Source: Deltaproteobacteria bacterium (lineage in GTDB: Bacteria; Desulfobacterota; Desulfomonilia; Desulfomonilales; Desulfomonilaceae). Taken from it: a stretch of 64,000 bases of DNA. Numbering within the stretch: the stretch's first letter is position 1; every line of letters begins with the position of its first letter. The position numbers and the translations under genes are program-made. Location of the stretch: contig JAPLJK010000023.1 in NCBI GenBank assembly GCA_026388625.1, positions 28,935-92,934 on the forward strand, in the 5' to 3' direction. Positions 27,452 to 38,029 of this stretch are shown here, piece by piece. The notes below the pieces were generated by a model. That model was not told where the DNA came from, searched no databases, and worked only from the letters and a program-made list of their open reading frames with translations.

Positions 27452-27817
27452 ATGGTGCTTAGAGTGAAATGCAAAATCTGGATCGAAAATGATCAGGGAA
27501 AGCTTGTAATCGGAACGGGAAGGTTGCGCATTCTCGAGGCAATTCTCGATGTTGGTTCAATGAATAAGGCTGCCCAGAAACTTAAGCAGCCGTTTAGAGC
27601 CGTGTGGGGCAAGATAAGGGCCACCCAAGAGCGCTGTGGTTTCAAAATCGTGGAAACCACCAGCGAAGGGACCAAACTAACCGAGGAGGGACTGGATCTC
27701 CTCTGGGCGTACACGCAACTCCGGAACCGTTGCTCACATCATGCCGATCTCCAGTTCAAAGAGTTGTTCGGAAATGGTAAGCGGGCCAAACTTTGTCCCC
27801 AAGATGAGAACATTTAA
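27452..27817 (+). CDS. ModE N-terminal-type winged-helix transcriptional regulator (no Mop domain)
   Basis: GRLRILEAILDVGSMNKAAQKLKQPFRAVWGKIRATQERCGFKIVE matches the ModE/LysR-type HTH pattern. The protein is only 121 aa. Confidence 0.6.
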   Translation: MVLRVKCKIWIENDQGKLVIGTGRLRILEAILDVGSMNKAAQKLKQPFRAVWGKIRATQERCGFKIVETTSEGTKLTEEGLDLLWAYTQLRNRCSHHADLQFKELFGNGKRAKLCPQDENI

Positions 27818-27986
27818 CTCCGGCGCAACATTGATCCGACAATCTTAAACCAAGAAATGTCACGGTAGCGACAGGAGTTTCTGCCCGTAAGTGTTCAATT
27901 ACCAATGCAAATCGGTATTATATGGGAGACAGTGGCGAACATTCTCTTGACGCAAAAGGTGAACAGAGTCTCCGAAGATCTGACAG

Positions 27987-28788
27987 GTGCCTGCCTTGCG
28001 TTTCAGCAAAGGTCTCGCGGTAGAACGAGTTGTCGCGCTTGCCAAGGAGATCCCCTACACACTTTTCGTGAATGACAGGGGAATTCTTTCCATTGCCACC
28101 CTGTCTACGCATCTTGCCGAATTGTTAATCGGTTTTCTGGTTTTCTGAAGGAGTGCTCATTCGTCGAGACGAGCTATTGGAATGCGCTGTTGACAGTGGC
28201 AACAGAATTGTCAGGATAGAACTGGCCGTGCCGAATGAGCGAATTGATAATCTCGAAGGCAGAGGAATGCTTACCTCCGGATGTGCCGGAGGCTTGGTCT
28301 TCTCGGCTGAGGCCGCTCTAAGTCCCAGGCAGCGGGATGAAGAACCATTTCAAGTGCCTTGTTCGGCGATTCTCAAGCGCATGAACGAACTCGACACTCA
28401 TCGAGGCGTTTACACAGCCTGACGGTGGGGTTCATGCCGCATCGGCAGCAGATGCCTCGATGACTCTGGCCATTTTGGAAGACCTCGGCCGCCACAACGC
28501 GGTGGACAAAATCGTTGGACATTGTTTCCTGACTGGTTTGGACACAAAGGGCAAGCTACTGCTTACTATACGGGGCGAATAACTTCAGAGGTGCTCACAA
28601 AAGCTGTCAGAGGAGGTTTTCCCATTGTAATCAGCCGCTCCAGCGCAAGTGCGATGGCTGTCGCAATGTCGAAGCAGGCGGGTATTGACGTCATTACCTT
28701 ACGTGAGGGCAGGGCGATTCAATTATTTTTCTCACGGCGCGGCAAGGATGACCTAATGCTGAGGGCTAAAGGAAGGTTGACAAGATGA
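27987..28788 (+). pseudogene. fdhD: fdhD (formate dehydrogenase sulfurtransferase/accessory protein) disrupted by three frame changes
   Basis: FdhD-like segments lie in different frames. Frame 3 has ...EIPYTLFVNDRGILSIATLSTHLAELLIGFLVF*. Frame 1 has (SE)GVLIRRDELL...TSGCAGG...*. Frame 2 has DGGVHAASAADASMTLAILEDLGRHNAVDKIVG...*. Frame 1 then has TGRITSEVLTKAVRGGFPIVISRSSASAMAVAMSKQAGIDVITLREGR. GRHNAxDK is the family hallmark. Confidence 0.7.
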
Positions 28789-29662
28789 ATCCGATACCCA
28801 GCAGCGCCTGTGTTCCGAGATTGGTTGTCACGTTGGCGCCCAAGGCCGGTACCAGGGCGTCTTTACTTCCGACTCGGCTCCATGCCCACCGCATAGGTTT
28901 CCAGGCAATGGGAAGCGTCAGTACTGACAGCAGTCCAAATAAGGGTATGAGCCCCGACGCTACGCATACGACAATCCACACATACATAGCTGCCATGAGA
29001 AAAGAATACAATCTGCCGGCCGGTTTAAGACCGAGAGTCATAACGAGATTCTTGCGGCCTCCGCGGATGTCGGCCTCCAGGTCGGGAAATTCGTTGATCA
29101 GGAGCAGATTGAATGTGAGAATCCCTGCGGCTACACTGGCAGCAAACGCTGAAGCCCCATATTCCCCGGTTTGAACAAAGTAGGCCCCCAGAACCGGTAA
29201 GAGCCCTAGCCCAAGTCCGGCAAATATCTCTCCAAGGGCATGTCTGGCTAGAAAACTGGTGTAAGAATAAACGGAAAAGGCCCCGACCAACAAGAGGGGC
29301 AGGATCAACAAATTGGTTACCCAAACGAAATAGATGCCAATGACGAAGCTCACCAAAAAACACAGATAGCCTACTGACCGTGCATGCGACGGTTCTATAA
29401 AGCCTCCGGTAAGCATGCCACTACCTCCGCTAAAGGGAGTGGGGCTGGTGTGAAAATCCACGCCGGAATGATAATCTCCGTACTCGTTAAGGACGTTGAC
29501 GCTTACATGCAGCAATATCAGTCCTATAACCGCAAGGAAGGCGCGTCCGAGATGAACTGGATGGTCGCCTACGGCTACGGCCGTACCCAAAAAAACGAGC
29601 ACCACAGAAAGAGACAGAAAAGGCGCCCTGATTTCCTTGAGCCAGTAAACGAGTCTTGTCAA
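28766..29662 (-). CDS. menA: UbiA-family prenyltransferase, MenA (1,4-dihydroxy-2-naphthoate polyprenyltransferase)-like
   Basis: It is a polytopic membrane protein. The NEYGDYHSGVD motif fits the MenA N(D/E)YGDxxxGxD signature. Confidence 0.6.
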   Translation of the reverse strand: MTRLVYWLKEIRAPFLSLSVVLVFLGTAVAVGDHPVHLGRAFLAVIGLILLHVSVNVLNEYGDYHSGVDFHTSPTPFSGGSGMLTGGFIEPSHARSVGYLCFLVSFVIGIYFVWVTNLLILPLLLVGAFSVYSYTSFLARHALGEIFAGLGLGLLPVLGAYFVQTGEYGASAFAASVAAGILTFNLLLINEFPDLEADIRGGRKNLVMTLGLKPAGRLYSFLMAAMYVWIVVCVASGLIPLFGLLSVLTLPIAWKPMRWAWSRVGSKDALVPALGANVTTNLGTQALLGIGFILSTFL

Positions 29663-29846
29663 GGGGTTGGCCTATCTAAATTCAACTATACGATATTATG
29701 CACAAATGTTCTGCTGCGGTCAATGATTCCCAGGGGCCCTTAAAAGGGGCACAACGTCAACAGCACCTGAAAAAAATACCCCCGAGCCCATAAACAGCAC
29801 GGGGGTGTTTCGTGTCAAGGGCTAGTGGCCCCACACGGAAATGTAA

Positions 29847-31940
29847 TTACAGAATATATGGTACTATGAGCAAGGCGACCATGTTGACGACCTTGATGAC
29901 CGGGTTCAGAGCCGGACCCGCGGTATCTTTGTACGGGTCGCCGACAGTGTCGCCGGTAATCGCGGCCTTGTGAGCATCGCTGCCCTTACCGCCATAGTTG
30001 CCGTCTTCGATATACTTCTTGGCGTTGTCCCAGGTCGCTCCGCCGGTGGTCATGGCTATTGCCAGGAACAGGCCGACAACGATACTTCCGATGAGCATAC
30101 CGCCCAGGGCTTCTTTGCCCAATCCCGGGAGAAAGGCTACTATCAGTGGAATGAATACTGGTAGCACAGAAGGAAGGACCATTTCTTTCTGAGCTGCAGT
30201 GGTGACCAGATCAACGCACTTGCCATATTCGGCCTTAACGCCCGGCACACCTTCTCTCAAACCCTTGATTTCACGGAACTGACGGCGAACCTCGTCCACG
30301 ATCGCGCCGGCTGCTTTACCAACGGCAAGCATACAGAGGGCTGCAAACAAATAGGGGATGATGCCGCCGATCAAGAGTCCGATGAGGATCTTGGGGTTGG
30401 ACAGGTCGAAACTCAGAGCCTTGCCGGACAACTCCTCAATAGCTCTGGTGTACTCCGCAAAGAGCACCAGAGCGGCCAGAGCAGCCGAGCCGATGGCGTA
30501 TCCCTTGGTGACGGCCTTCGTGGTGTTTCCCACGGCGTCCAACGGGTCAGTCCTGTTCCGAACTTCTTCGGGAAGTTCCGCCATTTCTGCGATACCACCG
30601 GCGTTGTCTGTTATGGGACCATACGAGTCAATAGCAACAACGATACCGGTCATGGAAAGCATTGAAACGACGGTCACGGCTATACCGAACAGACCGGTGC
30701 CGGGGCTGCCGGAAAAGCCTCCACCGAGGCCGTAGCCAATCATGATCGAAATTGCCAGAACGATTACGGGCGGCACGGTCGATATCATACTGATGGCCAA
30801 GCCTGCAATTATGTTGGTGCCGTGCCCGGTGGTGCTGGCTTTTGCCACGTATTTCACGGGGCCATACATGCCGGTGAACCATTCAGTGATCACGACTATC
30901 AGACCTGTAAGGACCAGCCCAAGTACCGCCATCCAGAAAATGTTCATCGGGGAAATGACGTAGGCCAAACCTTTTTGCGGAGCGCCCAGCGGTAGCATTG
31001 TGGCTACGAAATAAAAGGCCACGGCGGCAAGAACGCCGGAAACGGCCATTCCACGATAAAGCGCACCCATTATGTACAGGTCTTTCTCAGCCTTGGTCCT
31101 GCTCAACGTGACGAAGTAGGTTCCTATGATGGAGGCGATTATGGCCACGCCACCGATAAATAGCGGCATGTAAAAAGCTGCTGTGTTGATGCCGCCATAA
31201 ATGGTGCTGGCCAATAGCATGGCCGCCACGAGGGTGACCGTGTAGGTCTCATAAAGGTCAGCAGCCATACCTGCGCAGTCGCCAACGTTGTCCCCCACAT
31301 TGTCGGCGATGACGCCGGCGTTACGCGGGTCGTCTTCAGGGAGGCCGGCTTCAACTTTACCCACAAGGTCTGCGCCCACGTCTGCCGCTTTGGTGTAGAT
31401 ACCTCCGCCCACACGAGCGAACACGCTCATGAGCGAACTCCCGAAGCCCAGGGCCACAAGTGCGCTGAATATCTTGTGAGGATCAGGATCATACGATCTT
31501 GCGATAAGGAAAAATCCCGCGACTCCAAGCAGCGCCAGTCCGGTGACTACGATCCCGGTTACCGAACCGCCTTTGAATGCGACGTTCATGGCGTCGGGGA
31601 GGCTCTTGCTCGCTGCTGCCGCCACGCGCACATTCGCATTAACGGAGACCTTCATCCCGAGGAAGCCGGCAAGACCTGAACCCACGAGGCCGATGAGGAA
31701 TCCTATTGCGGGTATCACGCCAAGCGTCAGGATCAAGACGATAAACAGGATCACCGCGATGACAGCCACTACCTTGTACTGGCGGGTCAGGTAAGCCATG
31801 GCGCCTTCGGCCACGTAGCTGGAGATGTCCTGCATCCTCTGGTTTCCAGCATCCTGCTTGAAGACCCAGCCTGCGGTAATGAGGCTGTAGGCCACACCCA
31901 AGGCCCCACAGATGAGGGCCACGATCACAACCCAGTCCAT
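29847..31940 (-). CDS. hppA: Membrane-integral H+-translocating pyrophosphatase, K+-independent type
   Basis: The 697-aa polytopic protein carries [36 protein letters not shown] and DTVGDPYKD. Confidence 0.9.
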   Translation of the reverse strand: MDWVVIVALICGALGVAYSLITAGWVFKQDAGNQRMQDISSYVAEGAMAYLTRQYKVVAVIAVILFIVLILTLGVIPAIGFLIGLVGSGLAGFLGMKVSVNANVRVAAAASKSLPDAMNVAFKGGSVTGIVVTGLALLGVAGFFLIARSYDPDPHKIFSALVALGFGSSLMSVFARVGGGIYTKAADVGADLVGKVEAGLPEDDPRNAGVIADNVGDNVGDCAGMAADLYETYTVTLVAAMLLASTIYGGINTAAFYMPLFIGGVAIIASIIGTYFVTLSRTKAEKDLYIMGALYRGMAVSGVLAAVAFYFVATMLPLGAPQKGLAYVISPMNIFWMAVLGLVLTGLIVVITEWFTGMYGPVKYVAKASTTGHGTNIIAGLAISMISTVPPVIVLAISIMIGYGLGGGFSGSPGTGLFGIAVTVVSMLSMTGIVVAIDSYGPITDNAGGIAEMAELPEEVRNRTDPLDAVGNTTKAVTKGYAIGSAALAALVLFAEYTRAIEELSGKALSFDLSNPKILIGLLIGGIIPYLFAALCMLAVGKAAGAIVDEVRRQFREIKGLREGVPGVKAEYGKCVDLVTTAAQKEMVLPSVLPVFIPLIVAFLPGLGKEALGGMLIGSIVVGLFLAIAMTTGGATWDNAKKYIEDGNYGGKGSDAHKAAITGDTVGDPYKDTAGPALNPVIKVVNMVALLIVPYIL

Positions 31941-32304
31941 CTACCTACCTCCTTAATAAAATAACTGATTGTGGGAAGGGGAAAACGCGATTGTTCGTAA
32001 CAGACTATGTACATTGAGTAGATATGTCAAGGACAAAGACGAGTCGCCGGTAAGCATTCACTTACGCGGGGCTTACAATCGGAATTATCAATGATTTCAA
32101 AAGGTGTATCTCAGATTTCCGCGCATAACTTGAGGAGTTACGAGTCGCCTGCGCAAAGTAGATTTTTTACACGTGCAGTACACAATCCTTCCAACCCGAC
32201 CCGACCAAAATTTCCACACTGTGTCGGAGATGCCTCCGGTCATAGCCTGTCCTCTCATCGTTTAAGAGCGCCATGCGTGCGCGTATAGTCCGAATACAGC
32301 CGTT

Positions 32305-32997
32305 TCACTTTCCGATTGCCATCACCAGTAGAGGCGTAACACTGGAAGGAAGTTTGAGCACGGCTGAAACCTGGGCATCGTTGAAAGCGCCCACCGTCCC
32401 CACGTGCAGTCCCAAAGCCTCAGCCTGCAAATACACATTCTGATTCGAACTGCCTGCCTCCATGAAGACATATTGCGATCCTCGATTCCCATACTTGGAT
32501 GTTGTCCGGGCGAATACCGCCCCGATGACCACCAGTGCAGGGGCTCGAGCCAACCACATCTGCGACAGTGAAGCGTGAGATAACAGGGTTCTGTTATCTC
32601 CAGGGGCAAGCAGTTTGAGCGAATTCGACAGGGGGTCGTAGCTGTAAACACCCTCCGGTATGCCGCTAACAGTGTCCTTGCCCGTTACCAGAAATATTTC
32701 GAGGGGGTAGAGACCGCCGGCAGACGGGATAACCTTGTACGTGGCCCCAGCCACGGCATCCGGGGGAAGATTACCGTTGGCTGCCCACAGGATCTGGGAA
32801 ATCTGAGCCTCGGCAAGCGGCTCTCCAGTGAAGTTCCGGACGGACTTTTTGGCGATCAGAGCAACTTCCAGAGACACTTTCCCGACGACGGCAGGCTTGG
32901 ACAACTTGATGTCATTATCTGCAGCAAGGGCTGAGACTCGGACAAATGCCAACGAGAGCACACATAAAAAGATGATCGGGCGACATGTGGTGTTCAT
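32305..32997 (-). CDS. SagB-type dehydrogenase / nitroreductase-fold protein with an N-terminal signal peptide
   Basis: The signal is MNTTCRPIIFLCVLSLAFVRVSALA. The SVRNFTGEPL and PSAGGLYPLE motifs indicate the SagB/ThcOx nitroreductase fold. Confidence 0.6.
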   Translation of the reverse strand: MNTTCRPIIFLCVLSLAFVRVSALAADNDIKLSKPAVVGKVSLEVALIAKKSVRNFTGEPLAEAQISQILWAANGNLPPDAVAGATYKVIPSAGGLYPLEIFLVTGKDTVSGIPEGVYSYDPLSNSLKLLAPGDNRTLLSHASLSQMWLARAPALVVIGAVFARTTSKYGNRGSQYVFMEAGSSNQNVYLQAEALGLHVGTVGAFNDAQVSAVLKLPSSVTPLLVMAIGK

Positions 32998-33293
32998 GGA
33001 GGCCTCCTTGGATTAGCACATTGGGACAGACATAACTCATTCGAGAACGGAATTCAACAGACCTGTAGGGCTTCGATTGACCCACAACGGAACCTTATGG
33101 TCCTGAGCAAAACATGGTCGTTGGTGGTTGACGAAGGTTAAGAAAAATGCAAACCTTCTGCGATATAGCGCTCTGTTGTTCATGAAACGGGGTTCTAAGC
33201 GGCATGGTCCGTGATCGCTAAGGAAAATGCCGCTTGCCACTACATGCGGCTGAAAGACTTTTTGCCTATGCTACAGATTATGGGGAGGAAAAA

Positions 33294-33707
33294 ATGCAAA
33301 GAACATTGTCTATAATAAAGCCTGACGGCGTTTCAAAGAAACTCATTGGAGAGGTCATAAAGATATTTGAAACTGCTGGTTTTCGAATAGTGGCAGTGAA
33401 GATGAAGCGGCTCAGCCGGGCCGAGGCCGAGGGCTTCTACTATGTCCACAAAGAGAGGCCATTTTTCGCAGAACTCGTGGAGTTCATGATTTCCGGTCCG
33501 GTAGTGATAATGGTCCTGGAAGGGAATGATGTCATTCTGGGTAACCGTGAAATCATGGGGGCTACGGATCCTGCCGAGGCCGCTCAAGGGACCATCAGGG
33601 CTAGATGGGCGGACAGCAAGCAGAACAATATCGTTCACGGCTCAGATTCGCCGGCTGGCGCCGAATTTGAAATAAGCTACTTTTTTAGCGGGATTGAGAT
33701 TTTTTGA
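33294..33707 (+). CDS. ndk: Nucleoside-diphosphate kinase
   Basis: [12 protein letters not shown]... is followed by the NIVHGSDS active-site His. The ATG at 33294 is preceded by GGGGAGG. Confidence 0.9.
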   Translation: MQRTLSIIKPDGVSKKLIGEVIKIFETAGFRIVAVKMKRLSRAEAEGFYYVHKERPFFAELVEFMISGPVVIMVLEGNDVILGNREIMGATDPAEAAQGTIRARWADSKQNNIVHGSDSPAGAEFEISYFFSGIEIF

Positions 33708-34771
33708 CCGAATCGCTTCAAATGCAACCGGTTGAAGTTCTTGAGCCTGACTTGGTTGGCATGACTCAGCCGGAACTGGAGAGTTTCTTCAACTCATTCG
33801 GCAAGGAACGTTTTCGTGCTTGTCAAGTAATGAGATGGATACATCAGGGCTTGGAAGTGTCCTTCGAAGGGATGACCAATCTTTCCAAGTCCCTGAGAAC
33901 AGAGCTAGGTGACAAGGCAACTATCACCAGCCCGGAAGTCTTGGATGTCAGGCGTTCCCAGGATGATACGCGAAAATTCCTTATGAGGTTCAGAGATGGG
34001 TGCAGCGTAGAAACCGTTCTGATCCCCAGTGAGGATCATGACACTCTTTGCGTGTCAACTCAGGTCGGCTGTGCAATGGGGTGCCGAATTTGTCGTACAG
34101 CAAGGATGGGTTTCATTCGCAACTTGTCCGGCGGTGAGATAGTTGCTCAACTCCTGGAGGTGAGGCGGAGAGAACCGCAGAGCAGAATAACCAACGTAGT
34201 ACTCATGGGTATGGGAGAGCCCCTGGCCAATTTTGATCAGACGGTAAAGGCCATTCGCATCATGAGTCACCCCAACGGTCCGCAGATATCGTGGAGGCGG
34301 TTGACGGTTTCTACCGTAGGTTTGCCTCATCGTATTCGTGAACTTGGGGAAGCGGTAAGAGCGAAGCTGGCAGTGAGCTTGAACGCGGTGACGGACGATC
34401 AAAGAAATTCCATTATGCCCATCAACCATACTTACCCTTTGAAAGAATTACTGAGTGCTCTAAGAGAATATCCCCTGGCAAGGCGTGACCGCATTACTAT
34501 CGAATATGTCATGATTGACGGGTTTAACGACTCCGACTCCGACGCCAGGCAACTGGCGAGAATGCTCAACCCCATCCGGGCCAAGGTTAACCTCATACCT
34601 TTTAATGATGAATTTTCAGAGGATTTGAAAGCGCCTAAGCCAGAGCGAGTCGCACGGTTTCAAGAGATATTGATGTCTAAATCGCTCGTGGCGATAGTTC
34701 GCAGATCACGTGGTCGCGATATTCTGGGCGCGTGCGGCCAACTGGCAGGAGAAGCCGGGAGTCTCACTTGA
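33704..34771 (+). CDS. rlmN: 23S rRNA/tRNA (adenine-C2)-methyltransferase RlmN (radical SAM)
   Basis: It has [12 protein letters not shown] and the radical-SAM cluster CAMGCRIC, with GMGEPL. The start is uncertain (TTG at 33704 or a downstream ATG). Confidence 0.85.
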   Translation: MTESLQMQPVEVLEPDLVGMTQPELESFFNSFGKERFRACQVMRWIHQGLEVSFEGMTNLSKSLRTELGDKATITSPEVLDVRRSQDDTRKFLMRFRDGCSVETVLIPSEDHDTLCVSTQVGCAMGCRICRTARMGFIRNLSGGEIVAQLLEVRRREPQSRITNVVLMGMGEPLANFDQTVKAIRIMSHPNGPQISWRRLTVSTVGLPHRIRELGEAVRAKLAVSLNAVTDDQRNSIMPINHTYPLKELLSALREYPLARRDRITIEYVMIDGFNDSDSDARQLARMLNPIRAKVNLIPFNDEFSEDLKAPKPERVARFQEILMSKSLVAIVRRSRGRDILGACGQLAGEAGSLT

Positions 34772-36366
34772 CAGCCAGGATTGACGAACTGATTCGTGCC
34801 CTTTCCGATCCGACCATTTACCCTCATCGACCACGTTCGGTTCAGGTCGTCCAGACACACATATCCGTTATTTTCATTGCCGGTGAACTGGTTTACAAGA
34901 TCAAGAAACCCTTGGACTTTGGGTTTTTGGACTTCACCACACTTGAGAAGCGTCGCTATTACTGTAATCAGGAGGTAAAGCTAAATTCGCGCTTCTCGGA
35001 AAACATTTATCTGAAGGTATTGTCTATCACTGCGGACGAAGATGGCCCCAACCTGGATGGAAGAGGCGAGGAAATAGAGGTCGCGGTACTGATGCGTCGA
35101 ATCCCCCACGAGCGAATCATGATCAACATGCTCGAACAAGACCAGGTCACGCCTGACATTCTCAACCGGCTCGCAGATCGAATTGCCTATTTTCATTCCC
35201 AGGCCCATAGGGGGCCACAGATCACAAGTTTCGGTTCAACGGAAGTTATTTATCAGAATCTTAAGGAAAATTTCGAACAAACAACCCGTTATGTCGGGCT
35301 CACCATCGACCAGGGCGCTCACTCCGAAATCTCCGCCCTTGCTTACGATTTTCTGTCAACCCATGCACATCTTTTTCGGCAGAGGATGTCAGGAGGCTTT
35401 ATTCGCGACTGTCACGGAGATCTTCACCTCGATCACGTGGTGATACTCAACGGAATCATACTTTACGATTGTATAGAATTTAACGACCGTTTCCGGTTTG
35501 GCGACACTGCCGCCGATTTGGGTTTCCTCCTCATGGATCTTGATTATCGAGGCTATCCCGCATACGCGAGACAGATCGCCCAAAGATATGCAGAATCGTC
35601 CGGGGACCATCAGATCCTCAAACTCCTAGGCTTTTATAAGGCCTACAGGGCTTTCGTACGAGGGAAAGTCCTGGGTTTTGCTCTCGATGAGCCGGAAATC
35701 GCTGAGCCTGAAAAAATTGTGGCCGTTGACGAAGCCAGGAACTATTATTGGCTGTCTCTGGCGTGTCTAGAACGTCCTGGTCCTCCAATACTGATAGTTA
35801 TGTCCGGGCTGACAGGGACAGGCAAGAGCTACTTGTCGGAAAGGCTCGGAAAGAGGCTGGGAATAGAGCCGCTCCGATCCGACGTGGCCCGGAAACAGAT
35901 TCAGGGGCTGTCTTCACTCGAACATCAGCTTGACAACTATGGTACAGGGATCTATACACCCAAATCGACGGAGCTTACCTATAAGGCTCTCTTCGAAAGG
36001 GCGCGTAGGTCTCTGGAACTTGGAGAATCAGTAATCATAGACGCTTCCTTCATGAGTTTTCGTCGCCGTATGCAAGCCAAGGAATTGGCCGCGAAAGAAC
36101 GCGCACGATTCATGATCGTCGAATGTGTTGCTCCCGAAAGGGTTATTCAAACTAGACTCGAAAACAGGGCTAAGGATCGCACCGAACCATCGGATGGACG
36201 ATGGGAAATATTTCTTCACCAAAGGACGGATTTTGAACCGATTTGCGATGATGAACGCGACTATCACCGATCATGGGATTCTACAGGGGAACTAAATCCT
36301 TTTCTCACTTCCTTAGTCAGAGAACTGACGTTTCACTGGCTAGAACCAACCGATTCATCCCGATGA
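34768..36366 (+). CDS. Fusion protein: aminoglycoside-phosphotransferase-like kinase domain plus P-loop (AAA_33-type) kinase domain
   Basis: The N-terminal domain has CHGDLHLDHV and FNDRFRFGD (kinase catalytic and DFG-like motifs). The C-terminal domain has the Walker A motif MSGLTGTGKS. The probable TTG start at 34768 overlaps the rlmN stop (TTGA). Confidence 0.6.
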   Translation: MTARIDELIRALSDPTIYPHRPRSVQVVQTHISVIFIAGELVYKIKKPLDFGFLDFTTLEKRRYYCNQEVKLNSRFSENIYLKVLSITADEDGPNLDGRGEEIEVAVLMRRIPHERIMINMLEQDQVTPDILNRLADRIAYFHSQAHRGPQITSFGSTEVIYQNLKENFEQTTRYVGLTIDQGAHSEISALAYDFLSTHAHLFRQRMSGGFIRDCHGDLHLDHVVILNGIILYDCIEFNDRFRFGDTAADLGFLLMDLDYRGYPAYARQIAQRYAESSGDHQILKLLGFYKAYRAFVRGKVLGFALDEPEIAEPEKIVAVDEARNYYWLSLACLERPGPPILIVMSGLTGTGKSYLSERLGKRLGIEPLRSDVARKQIQGLSSLEHQLDNYGTGIYTPKSTELTYKALFERARRSLELGESVIIDASFMSFRRRMQAKELAAKERARFMIVECVAPERVIQTRLENRAKDRTEPSDGRWEIFLHQRTDFEPICDDERDYHRSWDSTGELNPFLTSLVRELTFHWLEPTDSSR

Positions 36367-36460
36367 ATGCTGCAATAATCTCCGGCAAAACCTTTCACGC
36401 GACGAATAATCTCGAGGGATCAGCAAGACTGATGTCAAGCGATATTGGAGTAGCACTACC

Positions 36461-37363
36461 ATGAATTGCGGCACGGTTATCGGCGTACTTCTGGTGGTAA
36501 CCCTAATATCCGGTTGCATCCCTCAACAAACCACCGGTCCGGCTCAGGTCCAGAAAACTTTTCAGATCCATTACCAAATGGGAATAAACCACCTCACGGA
36601 GGGGCAAACTCCCCAGGCGGTCAAGGAGCTTCTTGCCGCTCAGACGTTGGCGCCTGGAAACTCCGATATAGAGCATGCCTTGGGTCTGGCCTATCAGCGA
36701 AAGGGGCTATATGACCAGGCGATAGAACAGTACAAGAAATCGCTCCAAATTGAGCCTAAGCTGACCGAGGCCCGCAACAACCTTGGCACTGCCTATCTTG
36801 CAAGAAGTTTGTACGATGAAGCCATAACGCAGTTTGAGCAGTGTCTGGCGGACCCGTCTTATTCTACTCCGGAAAAGGCCGCATACAACCTGGGTGTAGC
36901 ATATTTCAATAAGAAGGATTTGGACAAAGCTATCGAGTACTATGATAAGGCTGTATTACTCAAAGAGGATGGTACAGAAGCCCTGTTCAACCTGGCCTAC
37001 TGTCACCAGGAGAAGAAGAACTACGCTAAGGCCCTGGAGTACTACAAGAAGGCTCTCGTCACAGATCCCTCATTTAAGGAAGCCCACTATCGTATGGGGC
37101 TCATTTACGAGGTTCAACAAGATTATCCCAAGGCATTGGAAGCCTTCAAAAAAGTCTCAGATATGGATCGCGACCACGTGGCGGCGAGATTCCAGACCGG
37201 AGTTATTCTTGTGCGCACAGGAAAAGTGGAAGAGGGTCTGAAGGAACTTGAATCTGTAGCAAAGGACGATCCGGAAGGCTCTTGGGGTAAGGATGCTCAA
37301 ACTGAAATCAGTCTCGTCAACAATTCCGATCTCAAAATGTTGAAGAAAAAAACTGGTCGATAA
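36461..37363 (+). CDS. TPR-repeat lipoprotein (PilW/PilF-like)
   Basis: The lipobox is LISGC. Multiple 34-aa TPR units follow (A..NLG.AY...G.YD.AI..Y..AL...P). Confidence 0.65.
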   Translation: MNCGTVIGVLLVVTLISGCIPQQTTGPAQVQKTFQIHYQMGINHLTEGQTPQAVKELLAAQTLAPGNSDIEHALGLAYQRKGLYDQAIEQYKKSLQIEPKLTEARNNLGTAYLARSLYDEAITQFEQCLADPSYSTPEKAAYNLGVAYFNKKDLDKAIEYYDKAVLLKEDGTEALFNLAYCHQEKKNYAKALEYYKKALVTDPSFKEAHYRMGLIYEVQQDYPKALEAFKKVSDMDRDHVAARFQTGVILVRTGKVEEGLKELESVAKDDPEGSWGKDAQTEISLVNNSDLKMLKKKTGR

Positions 37364-37390
37364 AGTGGCGGGTAAGGAAAGGAGGGGCCG

Positions 37391-38029
37391 ATGCCCAAAA
37401 TTCAAAGGACTCTGATAAGCGTAACCGATAAATCCGGTATAGATGAGTTTGGAAAAGCCCTGGCCGAATTCGGCGTGGAAATTCTATCTACTGGTGGAAC
37501 AGCAAAACAAATGGCGGGTGCCGGAATCAAGATAAAGGAAGTATCTGATTTCACAGGCTTTCCAGAGATGTTGGACGGAAGAGTCAAAACACTCCACCCG
37601 AAGATCCATGGGGGTATACTTGGAATACGTACCAATCCCGGACATGTTCAGGCCATGCGGGACCACGGCATAGTTCCGATTGACATGGTTGTTGTAAACC
37701 TTTACGCGTTCGAGAAAACAGTATCCCGAACTGATTGCACTATGGAAGAAGCAGTAGAAAACATAGACATTGGAGGCCCCACCCTTCTGAGGGCGGCCGC
37801 TAAGAATTATCCGTTCGTCACGGTGATCACCGACCCGAAGGACTACTTGACAGTTATCAGCGAAATGAGAGCATCTGACGGCTCGGTTTCTTACGAGACA
37901 AATTTTCGCCTCGCTCGCAAGGTGTTTCGTCTCACCCACGAATATGACGGAGCCATTACAAGGTATCTGGAATCTTTGGGTGAGAAAGGCAGGCAGGTCC
38001 AGCGATCAGTTACACCGATTCGCTCTTGA
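37391..38029 (+). CDS. purH: Stand-alone IMP cyclohydrolase (PurH N-terminal MGS-like/IMPCH domain only)
   Basis: [10 protein letters not shown]-type start ([19 protein letters not shown]), then [29 protein letters not shown] and [14 protein letters not shown]. The ORF stops after 212 aa, with no AICAR transformylase domain. Confidence 0.75.
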   Translation: MPKIQRTLISVTDKSGIDEFGKALAEFGVEILSTGGTAKQMAGAGIKIKEVSDFTGFPEMLDGRVKTLHPKIHGGILGIRTNPGHVQAMRDHGIVPIDMVVVNLYAFEKTVSRTDCTMEEAVENIDIGGPTLLRAAAKNYPFVTVITDPKDYLTVISEMRASDGSVSYETNFRLARKVFRLTHEYDGAITRYLESLGEKGRQVQRSVTPIRS

